Assembly: GCF_001949145.1 (NCBI RefSeq)
Contig: NW_019091360.1
Span: forward strand, 1,919,599 to 1,983,598
Source of the DNA: Acanthaster planci
Lineage: Eukaryota
Direction: 5' to 3'
Length of the DNA: 64,000 nt
Shown: positions 51,179 through 62,451 of the stretch, in pieces
Position numbering within the stretch: the stretch's first letter is position 1
How the letters are laid out: each line of letters opens with the position of its first letter
Notes under the pieces: generated by a model
The model's database searches: none
What the model was told of the DNA's origin: nothing
The model's input: only the letters and a program-made list of their open reading frames with translations
Position numbers and translations under genes: made by a program

Positions 51179-54100
51179 CTGTATGGTACCACCGGCCTGG
51201 AGTGTTAAGTCCTCCTTAGATCCGCCATTAATGTAATACTGCTTGGTGTATCTCAGCTTTGTCTCGTATGCTCTATGGCATAACACGTCTTTACAGCTCG
51301 CACACTGTTTTCCTGAGAGCCGTGGCCAGCGTGCGTCTTTAACCTATCCAGCCCCCCGACCGCAACCCATCGCCCCCAGCCGATGTATATATAGAATGGG
51401 GCCAAACCAGGGCGTAACGCGGTAATTAACGATCCAGTCAGACCGGCAGTTGACGATGGGTCTGTAAGACCGCTAATTAACAATCTGCTACTCGGCCTCC
51501 GTCCGGTCAATACACGTCAACGTTATGAAATGGCGAGATGTAAAACAGCGCCGGTGCACAATCAATTTCGGCTGGGGGGTCGCCGCCCGGGTCTTGTCTG
51601 TAGGGGTCATGGACCTGGGATCGGTCACGGTACGACCTGGCAATCATGGTCGACGCATGCCATAGTGCATTGTGTGTGAAAATGTTTGTCCTTCCTCCGT
51701 TGCTGAAATAAAGCAGAGTAGCCATCCAGGTTTCTTGAAAACTAAATGGAACGTGCCAAAAAATCCCGGGAATGAAATACTGTTCAATTTCGTTCGTAAC
51801 TGCAACGATTTAGCAGCAATATTTCATTTTCTTCTCATCTCATCACAACTCCGTTTTATTTGGCCCTCGCATTAAGATGTCATTTATCTCTGCATTTCAT
51901 TTCTCTTGTCCACGCTTTGACGTATGACGACGGCTGAAATGCCATGTGATCCTGTCGGTTCTTGTGTCCGTTTGCTTTCATCTCCCTGCCCATGCTTGCC
52001 ATTCCCTTCCATCCATCATGGGTGACACCCCAAGTCTACCTCCCGTATTGCTTGCTTATAAGCTCTCTCTGCACAAGCACCGCCATCATTATACGGTGAT
52101 TGAGAGACACTGAGCTGTCACGTCACGCCACTGACGCCGTTCACCCAGCACCAAACAGGGAGACCCCCGGAGCAGATCATGCGAAATATTATGTCAAGTG
52201 CGCTGCTCCCGAATGTAAGCCCCAGGGAAGTCACTGCTAAATCGAAGAGGATGCTTCTCCAGTTAACACAGGAAGCCCATCATGCATCTAACTTGAGTTT
52301 TCAGACGTCCAACAGTGTATCTGCAAAAGGGAGAGAATAGATTTACAAGGCTGGAATAAAGTACGGCATGCGGCAGTTTAAGGTAGCTTAAAGTTTTGTT
52401 CTTTTCAAGAATTCGCGATTAAGGGATTAACCACTTAGTTCCTCCTCCCACATAATTGGTTCTGGTGCTCTGGATGTTCCATATCATTGCGCAGGCTCAT
52501 AGGCCGATCTCATTGGGATGATGTCACAATAGAGTTTCAACAGTCTCCCGCGACTTGAAGTGTAGGCTTGTATACCGCGGACACGAAACTTGAACGTTTC
52601 AGTTCCGTTTCAGTCCAAATGCAAGGAAACAGACCACATTTTAGAGGGAGCTGACTAGTGGAGCAATTTAGCTACGACTGGAACTGAGTCTTCACGTTTG
52701 TGGAACGTACGCTACAGCGCCTGTCAATTTGTCAGTCTCCAATCAATTTGACAAGGTTTCCCTCAGCTCAAGTCGTGTCGGGAAACATTGGATTTCGGTT
52801 TACAAATTGCAGTGTCAGTCATGGTATCATCAGTCCACGGTGGCCTCTATTGACCCCATGGTGGGGGGACCAAATTATCGACCAATTGTTCACTGACATG
52901 GTCTCAGCCCCACCCCACGGGAAACTATCACTTGCGTCTTCAGCAGCAGGCTCCTCGGTACAAATCCGCCGTCTGCAGTTCATAATTTTTCAACGATTGT
53001 GGTTTATCATTCGAGGGTGTTGATAGCCGTTTGCCTGGCGTTTGAGAACGCAGAGAGACACGGGGCGCCATTCAAGAAGACGAGGCTCAAAAATTGTCTC
53101 GTTGCATGAGACCTCATCAAGAGGTGTGTACGGACGGACGCATGAAAACAGAGGCCGGGATAGGGTGACATATAGATAGCGAGCATGAACCGTAAATGGC
53201 GCGCATTATAGTATTGAAGAGAAAATTACCGCATGTAGAGTTTCGTGATTCTGACTGAGCACATTAAGTGCGCCCTCTGTTAGCAAATCGACATTTCAGG
53301 TCTTTGAATGATGACGAACTATTCTAGCGAAATATATAATCTGTCACTTAAAAATGGCAGACCTGTTTTTGAATGTTTACTCATGAATCTGTCTTCCATA
53401 ATGACATAAATTAAGTGGCCCTTTGCACAACGCACTTATTTTATATTACCTCAATAAGTTTGGGGGTTATTTTCAATTTATGTTTTCAACAGCTTACTGG
53501 GGGCCTACTTTGACCGACGAAAAGAAGGCAGATATATGCTGATCAGCAAAGCGAACTTGAGTACACCGCTGTCTCCAATATTTTATATGGGAGTTTCTAC
53601 CCTGCCTGAGACAGTTTACTGCCAAGCATTGTACACCCATAAACCACGACTTCATCTCTCAGCCAGCCATAAACACAAACCACACTCTCCCTCGGCCAAA
53701 AGCAATGCACTATTTTGGACCGAGTTCTTCTGTTGTTTCAACGAAATTCTGAAGTTCAGTCGGCCCCGCCTGCACTTTTAGCGAGAGTTCACGCTGCCCA
53801 GTTACGACTGCTGTAAACTTCCCCGTCTGGCTCCGGGTAAGCACACGCCAAATGGCGGGTTTGGGGGAGCCGGAGCTTTCGGCAAATGTTGATGGGCTCT
53901 CTGCTCGCTTGAGATTGCATTTTGTCCTCGCTGGTTTGGAATGAACACAAGCACACATTGGAAATTCATGGCGTGGTTATTCCCAACGTTTTATGAAATC
54001 GAAGAAAGATCCGTTTATCGGAGAGGACCCCTGAACAGAACTGGAGACCCCATTCATTGTTTTATATTCCTGCAATCAAACTTTTCATGCAATTTGTCTG

Positions 54101-54199
54101 TCTTACGTTTTGGAACCTCTGAAGTGCAGTTGTCATTAATGGTGAAGTCTTTGGAAAGATTAAGAACTTAGCATTCCAGATGTCAAATTAGTTTTTAGA

Positions 54200-54232
54200 T
54201 TCATTTCATTTTATTTCATTTCATTTCATTTC
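54200..54232. repeat. (ATTTC)n microsatellite
   Basis: ttcatttcattttatttcatttcatttcatttc. Confidence 0.8.
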
Positions 54233-55289
54233 CCTCGAAAAGAGAATTCTTCTGACCACGGACAAAGTACACTGTCTGAAAAATGTAAAATTTTGCTAGT
54301 CTGTGTCATCACCTGTATGCCTATTAATAAACTTTATGGGGATTCTCACCCGAGTTGTCAGCTCCTCTGATGAAGTCATTGTAATAGACACGCCAACCAG
54401 TACCCAGTGATTCATCTCAATCGTCCTAGGCCGTAGGAAGAAATGCAGCACTTTTAATGCAGCAAAGGCGTACTATGTGACGCGTGCGGGAGGAAAGTAG
54501 GCCTTTTTCATCACCCTACATTGATTCGCCAGGATTGTATTCCAAGACAGTGCCCCTGTAATATGTCATTTCTGTCCCTTCTTTCATGTTGGCGCTACAG
54601 GCCTGTGATTTACAGCTTGTTTTCCAAGTAGTATTTCAGCAAGAGCTCCATGCCTTAAACGTCAGCTTGGCCCCAGATCAGAAGGTGTCAAAGCGCGCCG
54701 TCTCCATAATTGATCGCCGTTGCTCTCCGGTCACCGTCTTGGCCGCGACCCGCTCAAACCTCCCCCACCTGTTTGGGACTTCCAGCGAAGCTGCTGTAGT
54801 TGTCGTCTACTCCAACATGATGTTATTTGGGGGACTTTTTTGTTTGTTTCCACCTATGCAGAGAGGTATCCTGGCCGTCATTGCTATAAAAGTATTCCCT
54901 CGTGCCTGTCATAATTACACCTCCTGGTTCTCACGTTACTCTGTTGTTTGACTTTCTGTTCAGATCGGCAGTAGAATACAACCCACGAAGGGTAATAACA
55001 TTAAATGAGCTTCCACGGGCCTTACTCGACTATTGGGAGCTAATAGGCGAGCCGGTATTTAAAGGGTAACAGAAACTGAAAATATTTACTTCAAGTGAAG
55101 TTTTTAAAAATAACAATAAATAGACCTTTTAATGTTTATTTAATGTTTACCCATTAATTGTGACTCCCAAATGAATAAAAAGATCCTGTGTTTCCCCGCT
55201 CACAAAAAAATCCCCTTTTGGCCGTTCGAGTTCCCAGGCTGATTGGATGACGTCATCGTCAGAACGCTGACATGTACAATGTCCATTGT

Positions 55290-55516
55290 ACATTGCGCAC
55301 AGCAGTATCGCACGCTTGCAATAGACTACGTTGTGTTTGATGTGGCTTGGCCCACATGCAAACACTGTGTCAGTTCAAGGTAGAAATTAAAAAACAAAGA
55401 CACACTCCTACCGTATATTTCTTGAATTGAGACAGTTTTTGCCTAGGGGAAAAGCCACGTCAAACACAACGTGGTCTATTGCAAGCGTTCGATACTGCAT
55501 GTACTGTGCGCAATGT
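55290..55516. mobile_element. Foldback / MITE-like element with long inverted arms
   Basis: Arms 55302-55348 and 55452-55498 match at 44/47. Pairing extends to acattgcgcaca (55290-55301) / tgtgcgcaatgt (55505-55516) across a 6-nt insertion. The spacer is about 100 nt. Confidence 0.75.
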
Positions 55517-58333
55517 TATGTACATGTGCAGTACGCGTATACTGTATGTGGCAGCGTTCTGCAGTGTTTTTTGTTCAATTCAGACGTTTGCCAAACGGTG
55601 GTTGCTATAAGTTCTTGTTGGAACTAAGACTTATAGACTGGTGTCATTCATGCAGGTACCAAATAAGAGCGGTCTTAACAAAGCAACCAGGCCACTGCAG
55701 AGGAGTCGTTAGTACTGGGGTTAATTTTAGTTCCAAGAACATTACTAATCCTTCGCCAAGAGGTGACGTGCATAACTTCTGAAATCAATATGTAAAATGA
55801 CCACAAGTGTCCTACTTAGTATTAAAAACAAACACAAAACAAACAAACAAAAACAAAACACGCACACATGTTTCGATTTTGGGAAGAGACCTCAATGTTA
55901 CAGGTTTGTCTACGCTGAAAAGTGCTATAATTTCAGGTTGGTTGTCTTTCTAGGTACATGATATCAGACCAGTAAGCTTTTTTCTCTGATATATATTTTC
56001 AGTGAATAAAACGTACCTAAAAGTTTGCATTTGAAAACCTTTATTATAACGAAGTGTCCCTCTGTAATGACACCACTGTGACAGCAAAAGCCCTTTGTTT
56101 GGCAGATTTCACATGTTCTAAAAATATGCACCCTTGAAATAAAATGAATCAAAGGAGGAGTTCAAACATTTCGTACATGGTGATTTAGAGAAGAAATTTA
56201 CACACTTCATGAGTTCTTTAAAAAGAAGAAGAAACTGTAACATGATCGTGAATAGACGGGACAAGAGGTGAGAAGAATCCGCAACCCCAGTAACTGGCGG
56301 CACGAACAAGGCGGCCATCGGAGTTCCCATGGCGGGAGATTCACACCTGTCCTCGGCCACGGGTGTCGCGTGGCGAGAGTCTCTCCATTTTTCCCTTTCA
56401 CGTTTTCCTCGTAAATTCTATCGCGGCAAAAAGGTGTGTGCATACAGTGTTCCGTCGCCGCGTTCTGACGCCTCAGAGCGTGAGCCTCTGATTTATTTTT
56501 CATTGGGTACGATGGTGACTGAAGATAAAAATGTGCATGTTCAGCGGAGAGTGAAATGATGTCATTAACATAATAATTTGCTGCCCTCATTCAGTTAAAC
56601 AGGTGATCAGGAATTTACCTGTTAAGTGGACATACAAGAATGAAAAACATCTTAACCCTGCATAAACGCATACACTGTTCTAAATTATACTTGCATTATA
56701 TTAAATTGCATTATATTTTCAATAATGTAAATTATTTGATACTGCAGTTACCACATTTGATAAAATACTTGTCTGGTCTAAAAGATTTCATTGTAAAGCA
56801 ACACACTACGTTAAAGTTTATTGAGCTTTACAAGTTAGTTAAATTCGCGAAGCGCCCTCAATGCATATACTTTGTAGTTTGCGCGAATTCACCCTTCATT
56901 CATTTGAAACTCTTCCTTGGCGAAGACTCAACAACATCGTTTATTAACTCTCCGCAGGTATTAATCTCCTGCTGTAGGTCAAATTTCCCTTCAACATTGC
57001 ACGTGTCACAAACGTCCTTCTTCCACGATTAGTCATTTTTATTATTTGTCAACGAATGACGTGCAAGTTTGAATCGATTTGGGAGATTTAGAAACTCCGA
57101 AAAAACTGAATGTTTCTTGATCTCAAGATGAATTTATATCGTATTAATACTGTTGAAGAAAGTACTTAATTGGTAATTTCTTCAAACTTTATTAATTTTG
57201 TTTCGTTGTTATGTGTCTAATCCAATTTGGCAAGTGTTTAATAGTGTAATATTGTACATTGTCGTACTATTTTCTGCCAAAGAGGTAATCAGATTATCGT
57301 TTTCGCTCTTTTCAGAATAGATCAGCAAAAACCAAGATCGTCACTCTTAAATTAACCGTCTTCCCACCTAGGTCACGTGTCTTTTTGCAATAGCTTTTCA
57401 AATGGCTGTCCATAACTTGGGGCTTGCATGACAAGAGCCCATGCATGAGTGTCTCGTGGCCGCAGTTCCTTCGAACTATATGAAATACATTTGACATTTA
57501 CCCAAGACGGGTAACGGCAAATGAGAACAACTGACCTAGTTTACGCAAAGGTCCTGTCCTTTCGAAGAAAGATTGTTTGGAGAGACAGATTGCCAAACTC
57601 TCTTGATTTTGCATCAACGAAATGGGATCCAAAGTCTAAATTGTTTCAGGCATCCGGAATCCGTAACACTCATAGTTGGAAGCATGCTGCCCATTACACG
57701 TGGTAGTTTGGCAACCACGCGTTCTGATTGATGACATGACGGAAGAGAGCGCTGTTTACATCCGGGACCGCTGAGCAATCTTCGAACATTTTCCGTCCAA
57801 CCTCTTTTGTTATCTGTCAAAGTTGACTTTTAAAACGAACTATTTCGCAATAGGCTGCAGAATTGATTGAGTAAAAACTTTGAACATACGAAAATGAACT
57901 ACATGTATAAGTTCTTCCTATATCCCATGATAATAAAACCTGATGGAGTGAAGTTTTGACTTCAAGGAACCATGTGTTGAATTTCATTGCTACAGCATTT
58001 AAATCGAGATTTGAGTTCCATGGGGATACTAAGGGAGTCGCTCCCTCTTTTAGAGTGGGACATTTTCATACAGTCATATTAAAGAAACAGTTTATTAAGG
58101 TGGAGGTATTCTTTACGGAAACATTGCAAATTGATGCTGTTCCACAGATCTGATGAGAATTATATTGTATGAACCAGTTGTGGAGTGGATCGCTTTGAAT
58201 TACATCGATGGGCTGTGAGCGGAAAAGATCAGGCAGTGTGATAAAAACGTCCCCATCTATCTTTACTCAGCTTTTGAAATACAAGTCTCTGGGAATGGAC
58301 GTAAAATTGGATAGCCGAGTCACTTTTAACGTA

Positions 58334-58378
58334 GTGACTCGAGTCAAGTAGTGTCGTCAAAAACTGTGACTCGAGTCA
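58334..58378. repeat. Two copies of the palindrome TGACTCGAGTCA 32 bp apart (possible transposon subterminal repeats)
   Basis: gtgactcgagtca at 58334-58346 and 58366-58378. A partial third copy, cgagtcac, is at about 58316. Confidence 0.6.
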
Positions 58379-58598
58379 TTACAACTTTGGGTCTGAGCGT
58401 ACACTTGTAAAAAAAGTACAAACTCAGTCGAACCAGCTAAGTGTCCCGTTTTATTTCTCCCTCCTTTGCTCTTTTTCATGAAGATCGGATCTTCTTCCCA
58501 ACTTGGAGGATAAGACATAATTGTGTTCTGACTTAACAGGGCTCAATGATAAAAAATATGCGTACATTTCTAAGGGATAGCGAAATCAGATTAACACT

Positions 58599-58616
58599 CA
58601 CCACTAGAGGGCGCAG
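58599..58616 (+). promoter_or_regulatory. CTCF-consensus site
   Basis: CACCACTAGAGGGCGCAG contains an exact match to the core consensus CCASYAGRKGGCRS at 58601-58614. Confidence 0.55.
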
Positions 58617-59426
58617 TCATGTTTTCAGAACCCGTAAAATGCCATTAGTTTATCTTGCGTCAAGTGAAGTTTTGTCTCATGGCTTGTCGCCTGTTTGTGT
58701 TCAAAATTAGTATGAGAATCACATAAAGTCTCGAATCAAATTAAGTTTCGCTACGAATTTTTGTTTTGCTCATTAAAATCCTACAAATTGCGCGTGTGGT
58801 TTTGTCTGTTGGGCTTTCAAGAGATTACGAAATCCTTCATTAAACAAGTTGTAATTTGCAATGTCTCTTCGGGAAGTGGGTGTTTGGCCAGTTATAACTG
58901 ATTCATGATGCGGTTGAAGATGTGGCATATGTAGCTGGGGAAGATACACTACAAACAATTCCGTCGTTTCTTTTCACACAGAAACTATTCCTTGAGGTGC
59001 GAGTGGCAGCCATAAACAGCGCCCTCTACTCGAAGCTTGGTTCTTTCCCTGCATTTTCTTAAGTTTGACTTGTTCGCGACCTATTGAGTTGCGTATTAAG
59101 GTCTAGGGTCTGAGTGGGGATGGGTTTGTTTTTCTAAATTCCCAACGACTGTCCAAAGTTTGTTATCCGTAAAGGTAACCTCACCCCGAAGAAAGGTGGT
59201 GGTTTCGACTCCAGAAATACCTCCCCCTGGCTGCTCCACTGGACGTGTGTCCTACGTGTCGATTTGAATACTCTTTTTTCCCCAGCCTTTTCGTTTTCTG
59301 AAGAGGTCTTCTCATTAAAGCCTTTTGAACTTGAAGGTTTGTAATGTAGTTCAGTGAATGCTCCCCTTTGGTTTCAGAATTGATTACATGAGAATTGGTG
59401 TTCTTTGTCAGAACAGCGGATGAAAG

Positions 59427-59601
59427 GACATGCATGTAGCACGACAAGACATGACATGGCATAGTATGGCATGACATGAAATCACACGGCATAGCACTGT
59501 GAGGCATGACATGTCGTGGCATGACCTGTCATGACATGGTGTGTCTTGGAACGACCTAATATACGACATTACATGGCAAACTAAACACGACACGGCATGA
59601 C
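59427..59601. repeat. Degenerate pentanucleotide repeat (GACAT/GGCAT)n
   Basis: gacaagacatgacatggcatagtatggcatgacatg... It explains the C/H/M-rich minus-strand ORFs. Confidence 0.8.
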
Positions 59602-59627
59602 AGTGAAAGAACGTTGAATCTTATCGT

Positions 59628-59686
59628 TTAACCCTAACCCTCCTCAATCCTTCACCTGTTGGAGGACTGAGGAGTGTTAGGGTTAA
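59628..59686. mobile_element. 59-bp TTAA-flanked hairpin with piggyBac-like CCC...GGG termini
   Basis: Arm ttaaccctaaccctcctcaatccttca (59628-59654) matches the reverse complement of 59660-59686 at 24/27, with a 5-nt loop. TTAA is present on both sides. Confidence 0.5.
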
Positions 59687-59782
59687 TAAGCTCACTTGCT
59701 CTGCCAGAGAGCGTTCAGCGCTTTGGGGCAAGTTGAACCTGAAGTAACTTTTTCCTGAAACGACTTGATTCTTTTTTACGAG

Positions 59783-59915
59783 TAAAGGCCAGTTCATTCT
59801 CTGCGCAAAAGCGAACACAAACGCAAATTTGTGACAATATTCGCGCAGCGAAATAGCAAAAGTTGAACACATCTCAACTCAGCGACAATTTGCTGCAAAA
59901 TCTTTCGTGACGTCA
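59783..59915. mobile_element. Possible truncated Harbinger-like MITE fragment
   Basis: Begins taa-aggccagttca, similar in style to the 2973 element, and contains a small hairpin agttga-acacatc-tcaact (59861-59879). No matching right TIR was found. Confidence 0.25.
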
Positions 59916-62214
59916 AATTCCCTTCACTTTCACGTTTGTCTGAGCCGGTCTGTAATCAGAATAGACTCTAGGTTACAAATATGACAAAGGAATAATGGAC
60001 AAAGGGGTGGTTTATGGGCACGTTGTGAGATAGGGTGTGGGGGAGTGAGCACAGGGCGATTAGGGGATCCTTTTATTTCTTGGAAAGGAAAATGAAACCA
60101 ACATAGGTCTATCAGCAAACCTCACTATGAAGGTAGTCACCTCCCATCTAACCCCTAGAAATGTCACTCAATCCTTCAGTCAGTTGAAAGAAGTTTTTTG
60201 GAGAAGGTCAAAGATTTTTGACAAAACATTTCACATGGCGCAACTTGCAATCAATCATATTGCGTAGCGTTCATTTCATTGCGGTGTTTGGATTAGGAAA
60301 AGTCAGGATGTGCCGTAATTCCCTCAAATTAAGCCCTTCGTCTCCTCGCTTGTCTGGCTTTTCTAAACAGTGTCATTCACCGACTTGTGCAACGCCGTTG
60401 GCCTTTAAGTAATGGCCTATGGCATTTGTCAGAGGGAAACAGCTTAATCTCAGAACTGGCTGTTTCATTTCAAAATGTTGTGATTCAAGTGGCCTTTTTC
60501 TGTCCCCTCTCCACCAACTCTTTGAGATCCTGCACGCTTTCTAAATGAACTCCACAGCCGTGGTCAAATAAAATGAAAACAAACCAGAAGGGGGCAGAAA
60601 AAAAAATCAAGCCCATTTTACACAGTGCGCCCTCTATCGTTTTGAGCTAACACCAAAACAGTGGCCCTACGTTTTCATGTTTCAAATCTGAGGAGGTCCT
60701 CTGTCTAAAATACGTATGAACTTTTATCTCAACTAACCTAATGAATGCTGCCTTTTCAGCAGACATAATAAGTGGAGATATATCTATATGCTTACCGTCT
60801 GTTTGGTCCAAATTTCCGGTTGTTTGCTCAGCGCATCGGTGTTCCCACATTCCACATGCTGCACGAGTGGATTAACATGAATGCCGCCCAATGCTTCAGA
60901 GAACTTTGCGAAAGCCAGAAAAACTTCTACGATCAGGAAGGTCACTGGCACTCGCGATTCTGGTATGGTTTTTGGCGACATGAGCGTAATTAAATTTATG
61001 TTCATGCTTGAACTTTTGATCCGTTTAGTGCGCATGGGGTAAATGTCCGCCACTTCACCCTCCGTGGGTCGTCTATGTTACTCGTTGTTGGTACAAAATT
61101 GAGGGGTTTTTCCCGTACTTGGCTGCATGTGTTTGTGCGAAGCTTTTAACATAACAGGTACAGCTTACAAAGATGAAGCATAAAAAGTATGCAAATTGTG
61201 AAAGGATTAATCGTTTTATGATCACCACAGATGGCTACAGAAACAGTGAATAGCGTATCCACAAAAGGAGACTTTTTACCGTAATGACCAAGAAAATTTA
61301 ATCCCTCTCTGTAAAATCGCAATCATACAAATCTTTACTGCACAGGCGAGTTTGAACTTAAATTTTGGGTTCTTAGTCTTATTCTTCCCGTTGAGTCAAA
61401 TCACAGACAAGCTCCTGTGAATGCATTCTGGCAGTTTAATTCTTTCGCGTCAGACCTTTTGTAAAGCGTCGGCGTCATTAAAATCACAGTGCATACATAC
61501 GATTTGTAAAGCAATTAGCTACAGAGCATGACCGTGGAACCGCGCTATATATTCCTGTGATTGAGGGCCTAATTTAAAAAGAAATAGGTTTCCTACAGTG
61601 CATCATCTAATAAGAAGTTGAACTTTGACCAAGAAACGTATAGCCCGGCTGTTCACCGTTACTCATGTGCACGCGGCAATGTGAGGTCAAAGGTTACGTC
61701 GATGCTGTTGAAAGCGCTAGGATGCATCAAGCTATAAGGGAACATTGAAACATTATGATTATGCCGACAGTGCGGAATTTCAACCGTTTTTTTATCGAGA
61801 CATGGTTGGTTGGAACACATTTTAAAAGCCGTGGAAAAACGACCTCCACGTGAAAGTCTGCACAATTGGAATGTTAGGCCGTGTCTGAATCACTTGGCAA
61901 ACACGCGACTTACTGCGAACTGGCCGCGGCCACTGAAATACACTCATGCGTAATTTCCAGCCGTGGGCGAGTGATTCGGACATGGCCTTAGTCTTGCCTT
62001 TCCAGGCCACTTGAACATTAAAAAAAAAGAGAGATCCACGAACACACATTTGAAGATACAGCACATTCTGTTATTCATTTTTGCGTAATTTCGAGATGCT
62101 TTGGTGTGACCTGGTTTGTAAACATATAACCTGGCCACATTCATCACATGCTTGCTTAAAATATCATCAAATTAAGTTTAGCATATGCAAAAGAAAGCTC
62201 AATAACAGGGGTAA

Positions 62215-62451
62215 CAACAACAACAGAAAACGTCAAACGAAACATTTAGCAACACTTCAACAACAACAGAAAACGTCAAACGAAACATTTAGCAACACTT
62301 CAACAACAACAGAAAACGTCAAACGAAACATTTAGCAACACTTCAACAACAACAGAAAACGTCAAACGAAACATTTAGCAACACTTCAACAACAACAGAA
62401 AACGTCAAACGAAACATTTAGCAACACTTCAACAACAACAGAAAACGTCAA
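62215..62451. repeat. Perfect 43-bp minisatellite, about 5.5 copies
   Basis: Unit caacaacaacagaaaacgtcaaacgaaacatttagcaacactt. The anchor cgtc falls at 62231, 62274, 62317, 62360, 62403 and 62446, a period of exactly 43 with no spacers. Confidence 0.97.

Noticed and set aside
59181..59593. Cys/His/Met-rich ORFs as metal-binding proteins
   Set aside because: They are products of the (GACAT/GGCAT)n pentamer repeat.
62215..62451. CRISPR array
   Set aside because: Units are head-to-tail and identical with no unique spacers, there are no cas genes, and the context is eukaryotic.
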